Assembly (NCBI GenBank): GCA_036501185.1
Contig: DASYAU010000048.1
Coordinates: forward strand, 19,382 to 83,381
DNA: 64,000 nucleotides
From: Candidatus Korobacter sp.
GTDB lineage: Bacteria; Acidobacteriota; Terriglobia; Terriglobales; Acidobacteriaceae
Direction of reading: 5' to 3'
Positions 17,841-27,925 of the stretch are shown here, in pieces. The stretch's first letter is position 1. The number at the start of each line of letters is the position of its first letter. Position numbers and translations under genes: made by a program. Below the pieces are notes generated by a model, which was given only the letters and a program-made list of their open reading frames with translations, did not search any database and was not told where the DNA came from.

Positions 17841-19709
17841 ATGCAGGACGATCGCATCACTCGCCGCGACTTTCTCAATGGCACTCTGCTAGCCTCCGGA
17901 GCGGTGCTGCTCCATCAGCTCACCCCAGTCCAACTTCTTGCGCAATCCACCGGAGACGACTTCACCGGCCCCGGCGGTATCGGCGATTACGCCCATTCCA
18001 ACGGCAACACCGAGCCCATCGTCAAAGCTGGTCACGGCATACGCGACGGTCTTTATGAGACTCTCGCGAATGTCACCGACACCGGAGAAACCTACGGCTG
18101 CGTGATCGTGGGTGGTGGTATCAGCGGGCTCGCGGCGGCGTTGCTCTTCCGCCAAGCCACTGGCGACAAGCTCACTTCGCTCATTCTTGAGAACCACCCC
18201 ATCTTCGGCGGTGAAGCCAAGCAGAACGAGTTCGAAGTCGATGGCCAACGCCTCACTGCCCACCAGGGTTCAGCCGTCTTTTGGGTTCCGTACCCTTACA
18301 GCTTCATTGGCCGTTTTTATGATTCCATCGGTCTCCGCGCCCCGCGCTTTGAGTATCAGAAGTGGGGCAGCCGCGAACCCGAACTGCCACTGAGCAAGAC
18401 TCCGTACGACATGATCGGCGACATGCCGAAGAGCTACGGCTTCTATTTCGGCAAGAGGTTCGGCCAACCGGCGTGGCTCATCGATCCCTGGGGCAAACAA
18501 CTCGCAGGCGCGCCAATCACGCCTGCGCAGAAGGCGGATCTACTCAAGTGGCGCACGCATACGGGTAAACGGCCGCGCATTCAATATCACGGCGACCCGA
18601 TCTCTCGCCAGCTCGATTCCATCAGCCTCGAAGACCACATGATCGAGCGCTTCGGAATAACGCGAGAAACCATTCGCACGTTTCTTGCGCCCGTAGAAGG
18701 TGGAGGCTCTGGCCTCGGCCCGGATGCGCTCTCCGCCTACGCGGAATATGCCGCCGACCTGCTCCATCCACTGCCCGATGACGATGGCGATCAGATGTTT
18801 CCCGGCGGCAATACCGGCATCGCCCGGCACATGATCAAAACGCTTATTCCCAATTCCATCGCAGGCGAGAACACGATCGAAGGCGTGAACCGCGGTCCTG
18901 TGAACTTCGAGGCCCTTGACCGTGCGGGACAAAGCTCGCGAATGCGGCTGAACGCAACCGTCGTAGCGGTCGAGCACGAAGGTGATCCGCGTAAAGCGCA
19001 ATTCGTGAACGTAAGTTATATCCGCGAAGGCAAGCTCTACCGCGTACGAGCTCGCTCGGTGGTTATAGCCGGCGGCTGCTGGACAGCGAAGCACATCGTC
19101 CGCGACCTGCCCCAATCGCATCGCGATGCGTATGACCAGTTTTACCGTTCAGCGTGCCTCATGGCCAACGTCGCCGTACGCAACTGGCGCTTTCTATACA
19201 AGATGGGCATCACTGGCTGTCGCTGGTTCGAAGGCATCGGTAACTACACGGAAGTCCGCAAACTGCCGATCTTCGGAGCGCCGAGTCCGACGATCGGGCC
19301 TGATTCGCCAGTCGTTCTTAACCTCAAAATTCTCTATTCGTATCCCGGATTGCCAACCCAGGAACAGGGAATCCGAGGCCGCACGGAGATGATCGGTACC
19401 TCGTACCGGCAATACGAGCGGCAGATTCGCGATCAATTCACAGAAATGTTTGCAGCGAGCGGTTTCGACGCCAAGCGCGATATCGCCGGGATCATTCTGA
19501 ATCGCTGGGGCCACGCTTACCTCAATCCGCAGCCCGGCTTCTTCTTCGGGAAAGATGGAAAGCCCGCGCCTGGTGACGTTTTGCGCGGAGCTCCCTTCGG
19601 TCGCATCACCTTCGCCAACACCGATCTTGCCGGCATCATGGACCATCGGACGTCCATCCTCGAAGCCGATCGCGCGGTACGGCAATTACTCGACCAAGTG
19701 CTGGTCTAG
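17841..19709 (+). CDS. Twin-arginine-signal FAD/NAD(P)-binding amine oxidoreductase (spermidine dehydrogenase SpdH-like)
   Basis: Tat motif ITRRDFLNGTLLASGAVLL; Rossmann motif CVIVGGGISGLAAA. The size (622 aa) and N-terminus resemble SpdH-type enzymes as I recall them; the substrate is not deducible. Confidence 0.6.
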   Translation: MQDDRITRRDFLNGTLLASGAVLLHQLTPVQLLAQSTGDDFTGPGGIGDYAHSNGNTEPIVKAGHGIRDGLYETLANVTDTGETYGCVIVGGGISGLAAALLFRQATGDKLTSLILENHPIFGGEAKQNEFEVDGQRLTAHQGSAVFWVPYPYSFIGRFYDSIGLRAPRFEYQKWGSREPELPLSKTPYDMIGDMPKSYGFYFGKRFGQPAWLIDPWGKQLAGAPITPAQKADLLKWRTHTGKRPRIQYHGDPISRQLDSISLEDHMIERFGITRETIRTFLAPVEGGGSGLGPDALSAYAEYAADLLHPLPDDDGDQMFPGGNTGIARHMIKTLIPNSIAGENTIEGVNRGPVNFEALDRAGQSSRMRLNATVVAVEHEGDPRKAQFVNVSYIREGKLYRVRARSVVIAGGCWTAKHIVRDLPQSHRDAYDQFYRSACLMANVAVRNWRFLYKMGITGCRWFEGIGNYTEVRKLPIFGAPSPTIGPDSPVVLNLKILYSYPGLPTQEQGIRGRTEMIGTSYRQYERQIRDQFTEMFAASGFDAKRDIAGIILNRWGHAYLNPQPGFFFGKDGKPAPGDVLRGAPFGRITFANTDLAGIMDHRTSILEADRAVRQLLDQVLV

Positions 19710-19710
19710 C

Positions 19711-20547
19711 TTACTTTTCTGATTTCAGCAGCCGCTTCATCTTCGCAATGTTCACCTGCGGCGGGGGATATTTCGGGTCCATCTTCTCCAATGTTTCCAC
19801 AATGATTTTCGACACCGCGAGGTTGCGAAACCATTTGTGGTCGGCTGGAATAATGAACCACGGCGCGTATTTTGTGCTGCACTCGCTGAGCGCGTCTTCG
19901 TACGCCTCGATGTAATCGCCCCAGAATTTGCGCTCCTGCAGGTCTGCTTCGGAAATCTTCCAGTGTTTTGCTGGATCGGACAATCGCGCTTCGATGCGCC
20001 GTTTCTGCTCCTCTTTGCTGACGTGCAGGAAGAACTTCAGGATCGTGGTCCCATTCTCCGTCAAATATTTCTCGAAGCGATTGATCTCATCGTAGCGCTG
20101 CTTCCACACCTCTTTCGGCACCAGCTTATGCACCCGCACCACCAGCACATCCTCATACTGTGAGCGGTTGAAGATCATGATCTGGCCCTTTTCGGGCGCG
20201 GCGTGGTGAATGCGCCATAAGAAATCGTGATTGCGCTCGCAGGCGGTGGGCACTTTGAATGATGTGACTTTGCAGCTCTGCGGGCTCGCACCCGACATCA
20301 CATGGCGAATGGTCCCGTCTTTCCCGGCCGTATCCATGCCTTGTAGCACAATGAGCAGCGACCGCTTGCCTTCGGCGTAGAGCAGGTATTGCAACTCGTC
20401 GAGCCGCGCAAGGGTCTTCTCCATGAGAATCTCGTCGCGTTCTCCCTTGTGGTGGCCGCGTTCATAGCCGTAGGTTTCGCAGGTATCGAAGTTCTTCAGG
20501 CGGACTTTCTCGTTGGGCTCTACTGCCAACTTGGTGTGAAATTTCAT
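19711..20547 (-). CDS. Polyphosphate kinase 2 (PPK2) family protein
   Basis: P-loop-like GMDTAGKDGTIRHV, FNRSQYEDVLVVRVH, and the PPK2 lid region. ATG at 20547 is preceded by a GGAGA Shine-Dalgarno sequence. Confidence 0.88.
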   Translation of the reverse strand: MKFHTKLAVEPNEKVRLKNFDTCETYGYERGHHKGERDEILMEKTLARLDELQYLLYAEGKRSLLIVLQGMDTAGKDGTIRHVMSGASPQSCKVTSFKVPTACERNHDFLWRIHHAAPEKGQIMIFNRSQYEDVLVVRVHKLVPKEVWKQRYDEINRFEKYLTENGTTILKFFLHVSKEEQKRRIEARLSDPAKHWKISEADLQERKFWGDYIEAYEDALSECSTKYAPWFIIPADHKWFRNLAVSKIIVETLEKMDPKYPPPQVNIAKMKRLLKSEK

Positions 20548-20664
20548 CGTTCTTCTTCTCCGGCTTTCCGACCGCACAGCTGCACGTGATTTATAGCACT
20601 GACATTCGGTTCCCGATGTGATGCTCTAGCAGACCGTGCCCCATTTTCCCTAGGGAGGAATTGT

Positions 20665-21804
20665 ATGGCAACAACGTTAGCGAAAGTGGCGGACCTCGCC
20701 GGCCCGGGTATTGGAAACTATACCGAACTGGAGAAGGTCCTGCCGAACGACTACCACTCTCTGCTCGACCGCAAGCGCACTCAAAAGGCGATCTACGCGG
20801 TGAAGACGTATATCGAAGAGCATCTATGCGAGGAGCTCAACCTCGTCATGACGTCTGTACCACTCATTGTCGATGTGGACAGCGGGGTCAACGATTACCT
20901 CGACCGCGACGGCTCGCGCACGCCGATCCAGTTCCATATCCCCAATGACCGCGACGTGCACCCCGTCGACGCGCAGGTCGTACAGGCCGCCACCAAGTGG
21001 AAGAGAATGGCGCTGAAGCAGTTCGACATGCACCCGGGCGAAGGCCTGTGCACCGATATGCGCGCCATTCGCAAGGACTACTTCCTCGACCACGACCACA
21101 GTGTTTACGTCGACCAGTGGGATTGGGAGCGCGTCATCACCCCCGAACAGCGCAGCCTCGATTTCCTGAAAATGGTCGTACGCCGCATCTGGACTGTGCT
21201 GGTCGGCGCCGAGCGCTTCGCGCTCAGCAAGTTTCCCGAACTGAACGATCCCCGCTATCCGAAGCTGCCCGACGAGCTCACGTTCCTCCATGCGGAAGAT
21301 ATTTTGGAGATGTATCCAGACCTGCCGCGGAAACAACGCGAGACGATGATCCTTCAGAAATATCCAGCAGTCTTCATCATCGGCATTGGCTGGACACTGA
21401 AAGACGGCTATCCGCATGAAATGCGCGCAGCCGACTACGACGACTGGACCACCGAAACAGTTTCCTCGGAAGGGAAGATGATGCACGGCCTCAACGGCGA
21501 CATCCTCGTCTGGAACCCGGTAACCAAGCGCCGCCACGAACTGTCATCCATGGGCATTCGAGTGAATGCCGAAGCCTTGAAGCAGCAACTGAAGATCACC
21601 AAGCAGGAGCATTTCCTGGACTTCCCATACCACAAAGCGATCCTGAACGGGACGATCCCGCTCAGCGTCGGCGGCGGTATTGGTCAGTCACGCACGTTGA
21701 TGCAGATCCTGCGCAAGGCACATCTCGGCGAAGTCACGGTTTCGGTGTGGCCGAAGGTGCTCAAGGAGATTTGCGCGAAGAAGAATATTTTTGTACTGGA
21801 GTAG
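20665..21804 (+). CDS. asnA: Aspartate--ammonia ligase (asparagine synthetase A)
   Basis: SVYVDQWDWERV, LNGDILVWNP, ELSSMGIRV and GGGIGQSR all match E. coli AsnA blocks. A GGGAGG Shine-Dalgarno sequence is present. Confidence 0.93.
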   Translation: MATTLAKVADLAGPGIGNYTELEKVLPNDYHSLLDRKRTQKAIYAVKTYIEEHLCEELNLVMTSVPLIVDVDSGVNDYLDRDGSRTPIQFHIPNDRDVHPVDAQVVQAATKWKRMALKQFDMHPGEGLCTDMRAIRKDYFLDHDHSVYVDQWDWERVITPEQRSLDFLKMVVRRIWTVLVGAERFALSKFPELNDPRYPKLPDELTFLHAEDILEMYPDLPRKQRETMILQKYPAVFIIGIGWTLKDGYPHEMRAADYDDWTTETVSSEGKMMHGLNGDILVWNPVTKRRHELSSMGIRVNAEALKQQLKITKQEHFLDFPYHKAILNGTIPLSVGGGIGQSRTLMQILRKAHLGEVTVSVWPKVLKEICAKKNIFVLE

Positions 21805-21819
21805 GTGCAGTGACGTAGA

Positions 21820-21851
21820 GGCGCTGCCGCCCGGCAGCGCCCTTTTTGTTT
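21820..21851. terminator. Bidirectional terminator between convergent asnA and the aldo/keto reductase gene
   Basis: GGCGCTGCC-GCCC-GGCAGCGCC followed by CTTTTTGTTT. Confidence 0.75.
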
Positions 21852-22822
21852 CAATCGCTCCACGGCGTGGGTTCGCGATCCCAGCGATGTTTACTTAATT
21901 CCGCCAATAGCGCCGCTGGCAGCGCCCCGGCGTCACTATCGGAGATGTTGCCGCGCACGTGCTCGGGCTTCCGCATACCAATGATCGTGGTGCTCACCGT
22001 GCGGTTCGAGAGGATGAACCGCAGTGCCATCTCCGGCAGCCGCATCCCCTCCGGAAGTATGCGCTTCAGCTTCTCTACGCGTTCGACCGTCGGCTTGAGA
22101 TTCTCCGGACCGAAGTAGCCTGCCCGCCAATCGCCTTCGGGAAACTTCGTGTCGAGCGTGAGATGCCCGCCAAGACTGCCTTCATCGAGTGGCACGCGCG
22201 CAATCACGCCAACATCGTGCTGATTGCAAATGGGAAAGAGCGCATCTTCCGGCGACTGATCGAAGATGTTGTAAATCACCTGCACCGCGTCCACCAGCCC
22301 CGTCTTGATTGCGCGAATGCCATTTTCGGGCTCCCATCGGTTCAGACTGAGCCCGAAGAAGCGGATTACGCCGTCTCTCTTCAGCTTTTCTACCGTGCTG
22401 CGGAACTCCGGTTCGTCGGCCCAGGAGTCGTCCCACACGTGAAATTGCAGCACATCGATGGAATTGGTGCGCAGCTTCTCCCGGATCGCATCGGCGTACT
22501 TAATAACGTGGTGAGCGGGGAAGACCTCGCTGTACTTGTACTCCGGGCGCGCCGGCCAGCGATCGTTCAGCGGAGGAATTTTGGACGCCGCGTAGAGACG
22601 CTTGCCCGGATTGCGGGCAATGATCTCCCCGAGCAGCCCGTCGCTCTTGCCTTCGCCGTAAGCCCATGCGGTATCGAAGAAGTTGCAGCCCAAATCGACC
22701 GCCATCTGCAGGGCAGCTAGCGATTGTTCGTCGTCCGAGCCGCTCCAGCCGCTCATTCCCCACAATCCATGCGCAATATCGCTGACTTCGAATCCGGTGC
22801 GGCCCAGCGTTCGGTATTTCAT
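21851..22822 (-). CDS. Aldo/keto reductase
   Basis: MKYRTLGRTGFEVSDIAHGLWGM ... FFDTAWAYGEGKSD ... HVWD ... GLSLN. ATG at 22822 is preceded by a GGGAG Shine-Dalgarno sequence. Confidence 0.88.
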   Translation of the reverse strand: MKYRTLGRTGFEVSDIAHGLWGMSGWSGSDDEQSLAALQMAVDLGCNFFDTAWAYGEGKSDGLLGEIIARNPGKRLYAASKIPPLNDRWPARPEYKYSEVFPAHHVIKYADAIREKLRTNSIDVLQFHVWDDSWADEPEFRSTVEKLKRDGVIRFFGLSLNRWEPENGIRAIKTGLVDAVQVIYNIFDQSPEDALFPICNQHDVGVIARVPLDEGSLGGHLTLDTKFPEGDWRAGYFGPENLKPTVERVEKLKRILPEGMRLPEMALRFILSNRTVSTTIIGMRKPEHVRGNISDSDAGALPAALLAELSKHRWDREPTPWSD

Positions 22823-22847
22823 CCGTGCTCCCAAGTATCGATGGTTA

Positions 22848-24626
22848 TCAATGAGATGAACTTTTCGCGAGTTCCCGGTAATAATCTTGCAAAATGAAAA
22901 ACGCTTGCTTGTGCGTACCCTGGTTGCTCACCAGGCCCTTCCGATTATGCATGTCCTGCACGCCGGGCTGCAGCCGCACCGGGGACTGAAAATCCATCAG
23001 GATCCACGGTGACAAGCCTGCCAGCAGCGGTGTGCGGCGGAACATCGCGATCTGGTGCCGGTAGATGTTCGCCTGGAATTCCTCGGTCCAGCGCTCATTC
23101 TGCGCGCCGTGCCGTCCCGCCAGCGCGCCTCCACCGAACTCGCTGAAGATCAGCGGCTTATCCCAGGCGGTTTTCCATTCGGCGCTGTCCAGGTCTTCGG
23201 CTTTTCCCTCATACCATCCGATGTATTCGTTCACCGCAAGCACATCCACGATTTCGCCAAGGGGATCATTTACGAGCCGTTTGTTCCCCTGGCGCTCAAA
23301 GCGGTTTGACGCCGCGGTGATTAGGCGCGTGGGGTCCATGCTGCGCCCATCAGCGGCAAGCGTTTTCAAGAATTCCATGCGCTCGGTCGAGATTGGCGTT
23401 TCGTTGGCAATTGACCATAAGATGATCGCGCCGCGGTCTTGGTCGCGCTCGATTTCTTCCCGCAGTTGCTGCCGTGCCAGCGCCAAGGTTGCCGGATTTT
23501 TGAAATCAATGTCCCAGTAAACCGGGATCTCCGACCACACCATTAACCCCATCCGCTCCGCTTCGCGCACCATCGACTCATGGTGCGGGTAATGCGCCAA
23601 TCGAACGTAGTTGCAGCCGAGTTCCTTCGCCCAGCCAAGCAGCGCGGCGTCATCTTGCGACGTAATCGCCCGAGCATCGCGGAACGGAGCTTCTTCGTGA
23701 ATGGAAACGCCGCGCAGGAAAATCGGTTTGTCATTGAGATAGAGCTTCGCACCGCGCGCCTCGATGCTGCGGAACGCGATCTCGTCCTGCACTTGATCGT
23801 TCGCCGTGGAGAGCGTTACTTTGTAGAGCTTCGGGTTTTCCGGAGACCACGGCGTGAGTTGCGCGCGAAAGTGAAACTCCGCACGGCCACGCTGATCGGT
23901 GGTCATCGTCTGCCGAAACTTCGCTTCGGGAATCTCCAGCGTGATCTCGGTCTTTGCCTCTGAGCCGTTGAGTTGCACCCACCCAGCGATCTCGTTCAGT
24001 GATCCTTTCGCAAATTGCACAAAATAATTTTCGATGAACGTCGCCGGAACCTCGACGAGTTCTACATCTCGCGTCAGGCCGCCGTAGTTCCACCAATCGG
24101 TATTCAGTGCAGGAATGCCGTCGCGCTCCCGACGATTGTCCACCTCCACCACTACCAGGTTCTCGCCATCGTGCAATTTACCGGTTACTTCAAAGTTGAA
24201 GGGCGTAAAACCGCCAATATGCTCGCCAAGTTTTTCGCTGTTCAGATACACGAGCGCCCGATAATTTGCCGCCCCGAAGTAAAGAAATTGCCGCTTTCCC
24301 CGCGCGGGATGCGCAGTGAAAATGCGCCGGTACCACACCGCGCCTTCGTAAAAATGCAGGTCTTGGCTTTGCGAGTTCCAGTCGCCGGGAACGTTCAATG
24401 TGGGCGAGCGATCGAAGTCATATTCAACCGGGTCCGTCAGGTCTTTGGGCTTTCGATCTTCGTAGAACCGGGAGTGCTCGCCAACCTTGTAGGCATCCAC
24501 AATGGCGTGCCACGGGCCGTCCAGGCTCACGGGGTTACGCGCAGCGATATTGGCGATGAGTTTATTTTGTGCGACGGCCGCGATCGAACAGGCCAATACG
24601 ACCGCCAGCTTAAGAGCCCGTTGCAT
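22848..24626 (-). CDS. Glycoside hydrolase family 2 (beta-glucuronidase/beta-galactosidase-like), secreted
   Basis: Signal peptide MQRALKLAVVLACSIAAVAQ; GH2 sugar-binding and Ig-like regions. The TIM barrel carries acid/base NE in WSIANETP and a nucleophile region IFSEFGGG. Confidence 0.85.
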   Translation of the reverse strand: MQRALKLAVVLACSIAAVAQNKLIANIAARNPVSLDGPWHAIVDAYKVGEHSRFYEDRKPKDLTDPVEYDFDRSPTLNVPGDWNSQSQDLHFYEGAVWYRRIFTAHPARGKRQFLYFGAANYRALVYLNSEKLGEHIGGFTPFNFEVTGKLHDGENLVVVEVDNRRERDGIPALNTDWWNYGGLTRDVELVEVPATFIENYFVQFAKGSLNEIAGWVQLNGSEAKTEITLEIPEAKFRQTMTTDQRGRAEFHFRAQLTPWSPENPKLYKVTLSTANDQVQDEIAFRSIEARGAKLYLNDKPIFLRGVSIHEEAPFRDARAITSQDDAALLGWAKELGCNYVRLAHYPHHESMVREAERMGLMVWSEIPVYWDIDFKNPATLALARQQLREEIERDQDRGAIILWSIANETPISTERMEFLKTLAADGRSMDPTRLITAASNRFERQGNKRLVNDPLGEIVDVLAVNEYIGWYEGKAEDLDSAEWKTAWDKPLIFSEFGGGALAGRHGAQNERWTEEFQANIYRHQIAMFRRTPLLAGLSPWILMDFQSPVRLQPGVQDMHNRKGLVSNQGTHKQAFFILQDYYRELAKSSSH

Positions 24627-24682
24627 CGCGTTCTCCCGTGAACACGATACAAGGTTCTCGCCAAATGGGCATCTATGGGAAG

Positions 24683-24940
24683 CTAAACGGCTATGGCGCT
24701 CACTGGCACGCTCTCCAGCGAGATGATGGCGGCAGTATCGCAGCGATGATATTTAATGTGGTTCCAGTAACGGCGGCGCGCTTCGGTCAGGGTGCAATGC
24801 GCCATTTCTGTGCGCTGGCGCGTGAATTCCTCGTCAAAACTAAGCGCGGAGTTTTGCGCCTGTTCGGCCGCGAGGTATTCCTCGATCCTGCCAAGCACTT
24901 CGTCTTTCAGCTTATCGCCTTCGATACAAGTCATATTCAT
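24683..24940 (-). CDS. Hypothetical small protein (85 aa)
   Basis: The ORF fills an otherwise empty 390-bp gap and has reasonable GC3 and acidic/helical composition. I recognise no family. Confidence 0.35.
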   Translation of the reverse strand: MNMTCIEGDKLKDEVLGRIEEYLAAEQAQNSALSFDEEFTRQRTEMAHCTLTEARRRYWNHIKYHRCDTAAIISLESVPVSAIAV

Positions 24941-25016
24941 GCCCCCGGATGAATAGAAAATTGCGGGCCGAGAACCGGAGTGTATCGCAGAACTAGCCTG
25001 TGGATTTCTTACGCTC

Positions 25017-25826
25017 GTGCCCGCATACGGTTACCTGGAAAAAGCGCCGCCGCATTGCGGCACTCATCCCACCGAAGATGACAGCAGCACGCAAGTGTCG
25101 TCTAATGACCATAGCGAGTCGGCCGCTCGCTCTATGTTTGAACTTCACCCGGCACCGCGGTTTGCACGGCGCCCATGGATCTTTATAACCTCCATGGCGG
25201 CGCATTGCCTATTGCTGTTCGTGATTCTGCGGCCCGCCGAGCCCAAGCTGGTGAAGGTACACCAACTGCGTCTTGGAGATGGTGGACGATCTCTGGCGCG
25301 TTTGTATTGGAGCGGCGCCGATCGCGAAGCCGTTGCGGCTGCCGACCAGGCCGTTCATGCCAAGAAAGATCGCGACCAGGATGTGCGCTCGAAGCAACTC
25401 CTCTCGCCCAGTAAATCGTTGCAACTCCGCCTCGAAAAACATGAGCGACTGATCGCCTCTGTCGCGAATGACCGCACCTTGGTCGCCGGTAAGAGCCGCG
25501 ACGCCGCCACCGCGGGCTCACACAACGGCTCGCTGAACTCCGGCGATCTGTATGGCGACGACATACGTCCAGCGCTGTGGGTCGGCGGACCCAATCCGCA
25601 GGTAGTCGCGAATGAATTTGCCGAAGGTCTCGAAGGCAGCGTGATTGTCGAAATCACTATCGACGATAACGGGAACGTCATCGCGACGCATTTGCTCCAA
25701 GGTCTCTCGCCGGCGGTGGATGGCCGCGTAATCGAAGCATTGCAGATGGCGCACTTCGTCCCGGCAAAACGAAATGGCGTAGCGATCGCTTCGAAGCAGG
25801 ACGTGTACTACCACTTTCCGAAATAA
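25017..25826 (+). CDS. TonB C-terminal domain protein
   Basis: TM segment WIFITSMAAHCLLLFVIL. The C-terminus, GSVIVEITIDDNGNVIATHLLQGLSPAVDGRVIEALQMAHFVPAKRNGVAIASKQDVYYHF, is a TonB_C signature. The start is uncertain (GTG 25017 or ATG 25134). Confidence 0.7.
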   Translation: MPAYGYLEKAPPHCGTHPTEDDSSTQVSSNDHSESAARSMFELHPAPRFARRPWIFITSMAAHCLLLFVILRPAEPKLVKVHQLRLGDGGRSLARLYWSGADREAVAAADQAVHAKKDRDQDVRSKQLLSPSKSLQLRLEKHERLIASVANDRTLVAGKSRDAATAGSHNGSLNSGDLYGDDIRPALWVGGPNPQVVANEFAEGLEGSVIVEITIDDNGNVIATHLLQGLSPAVDGRVIEALQMAHFVPAKRNGVAIASKQDVYYHFPK

Positions 25827-26149
25827 TTTTCCGGCAATCGATGCAGGGATGAGATAGGGACGAACGTGTGTTCGTTCCCGGACGATGCATTTCCATCTTC
25901 GGACAATGCATGTTTCACCCAGTATTCATGCGGCTTCAAGAACTCCAGTGAAATTGCCGATATACGTTCCGAAACGCGTTTGGCAAGCGACGTGATACAG
26001 GATCGTTGGGAACATTAGGCAAGTGTTCCGCGTAATGACGAGCAGGGCCCCAAGTAAGTCCGTCGCAAATGGATTGGGCAGGCCCTTTGCAATCCTGAAC
26101 GGCAGTAAGAGAGAGACGCTCGCAAGGCGAGCCATTCCAAAGGAGCTGT

Positions 26150-26515
26150 ATGAAGCATTTGAGCAAAGTTCTCGCGGTAGTTTTCGGGCTGTTAATGGCG
26201 GTATCCGCTTTTGCGGCAGACAAGAATTCCGTGAACCTGACGGTGATGCACAAATCGACGGTGAGTGGAACCACCCTTGATCCGGGCGAATACAAGGTCG
26301 TCTTTAATCGCACGGGAGACACCGTGCAGGCAACGTTCCTTTCCGGCAAGAAGACCGTGGCCACCACCTCGGGACATTTCGAGCAGCGTTCCACTTTCCC
26401 ATCGTCGGTGTCGTTAGTGGTGAACAGCGACCGTGCGGTGCAGGCGATTGTCGTCCAGAAACTCGGCGGCGCAGTCGTGCTCGAAGGCGAAGCATCCAGT
26501 TCAGCGGGACACTGA
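26150..26515 (+). CDS. Hypothetical small secreted protein
   Basis: Signal peptide MKHLSKVLAVVFGLLMAVSAFA; beta-rich mature part; a strong terminator follows. Confidence 0.6.
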   Translation: MKHLSKVLAVVFGLLMAVSAFAADKNSVNLTVMHKSTVSGTTLDPGEYKVVFNRTGDTVQATFLSGKKTVATTSGHFEQRSTFPSSVSLVVNSDRAVQAIVVQKLGGAVVLEGEASSSAGH

Positions 26516-26536
26516 TTCCTAGCAGCGTCTCCGTGG

Positions 26537-26576
26537 AGCGGCGAAGTGAGCAGCCTTCGCCGCTTTTTCTTTTTTC
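26537..26576 (+). terminator. Rho-independent terminator
   Basis: AGCGGCGAAG-TGAGCAGC-CTTCGCCGCT followed by TTTTCTTTTTTC. Confidence 0.8.
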
Positions 26577-26593
26577 ACGCCCCTCGCGCTACA

Positions 26594-27925
26594 ATGCCTC
26601 CCACTCCAACCTCCGCGAGGGCGCATCTGCCGCTGAACCGTTCCATAGGACGCTGGGCATGCACGGCCCTGGTGGTAAATACCGTCATCGGCAGCGGCAT
26701 CTTTGGGATTCCATCTCTGCTCAACGGAATTGTGGGGCGCGCCAGCCCGCTCGCCATGGTGCTTTCGGGTATTGGGATTGGCCTGATGATGGCTTGCTGC
26801 GCCGAGGTAACATCGCGCTTCAGTGAGCCCGGAGGAGCGTATCTCTTCGCGCGGACGGCCTTCGGGCGTTTCGTCGGAATCCAGGTCGGCTGGTTCTCGT
26901 GGCTCGCCCCGATGGGCACCAGCGCCGCCGCAGCGAACCTGTTTTCGAGCTATTTAGCCGCGTATCTACCATTCGCGGGAACTGTGTTCGGCCGCGCGCT
27001 TGTCATCTTCTCGTTGTTTGCCTTTCTTGCGATAGCGAACTGTCTGGGCGTAAAAGTTGGTGCGAACTTAAGCAGCGTCTTCAGCATTGCAAAGCTCGCG
27101 CCGCTTGCTTTGTTGATCGTGCTCGGCGTCATTTTTTTCGCTCGTCATCCGCAAACCTACGCGCAAGCCGCCCCCGCGCCGCCTGCCCTTTCGCCATGGG
27201 TGGATGCGATGTTGCTGCTCTCATTCGCCTTTGGCGGTTTCGAAAACGCAATCATGCCTGCTGGCGAGGTCGAGAACCCACGCCTTACCATTCCCTGGTC
27301 ACTCGCCGTGGGCCTGGCCGCCTGCATCGCTGTTTATGCGCTTGTGCAGTTCGTGACGGTGGCGACCATCGGCACCGGGCCGGCGGATCGTCCGCTCGCA
27401 TCAGTGGCCAATGTGCTCATTGGGCGCGGCGGCGCGATGTTCATTACTATTGCCGCGATGATCTCTACCTTCGGCCATCTTTCCGCCGTGCAGCTCGGAG
27501 CGCCGAGGCTCACCTATTCGCTGGCCGAGCGCGGCGACTTTCCCGCGTTCTTCGGAAGGATCCACCCGCGTTTCCAGACGCCTTACATTTCGATTCTCCT
27601 GTTCGGGCTGTTCACTTTTCTTCTCTCATTAAGTGGAACATTTCGCTGGGCGGTGGCCATGGCATCAGGCGCATTGATCATCATCTATACGAGCGTGTGC
27701 GCCAGTTTGATCGGCCTGCGGAAGAAAAACGCGAACCCGGCAGCGCTCCATCTCCCTGGCGGCGTCTTCATCGCGTGCTTTTGCATCGTCGTTGGCATTG
27801 TGCTGCTGACGCGCCTTACCTTACGCGAAGGCTATTTGCTGCTTGTGACATTTGCAATCGGAGTGGTCCACTGGCTGTGGATTCGCACGCGCGCGACAGC
27901 GGACGAGGTCCGCTCGGGCGCATGA
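26594..27925 (+). CDS. APC superfamily amino acid permease
   Basis: 12-TM layout with the N-terminal signature LVVNTVIGSGIFGIPS. I start it at ATG 26594 because the upstream ORF codons overlap the terminator hairpin. Confidence 0.85.
   Translation: MPPTPTSARAHLPLNRSIGRWACTALVVNTVIGSGIFGIPSLLNGIVGRASPLAMVLSGIGIGLMMACCAEVTSRFSEPGGAYLFARTAFGRFVGIQVGWFSWLAPMGTSAAAANLFSSYLAAYLPFAGTVFGRALVIFSLFAFLAIANCLGVKVGANLSSVFSIAKLAPLALLIVLGVIFFARHPQTYAQAAPAPPALSPWVDAMLLLSFAFGGFENAIMPAGEVENPRLTIPWSLAVGLAACIAVYALVQFVTVATIGTGPADRPLASVANVLIGRGGAMFITIAAMISTFGHLSAVQLGAPRLTYSLAERGDFPAFFGRIHPRFQTPYISILLFGLFTFLLSLSGTFRWAVAMASGALIIIYTSVCASLIGLRKKNANPAALHLPGGVFIACFCIVVGIVLLTRLTLREGYLLLVTFAIGVVHWLWIRTRATADEVRSGA

Noticed and set aside
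26899-27921. N-terminal 341 codons of the 590-aa ORF 26899-28671
   Set aside because: This stretch lies out of frame over the APC permease gene. It is Arg/Ala/Pro/Ser-rich low-complexity sequence typical of off-frame GC-rich ORFs. Only the part from ATG 27922 has alpha/beta-hydrolase motifs, and that ATG forms an ATGA junction with the permease stop.
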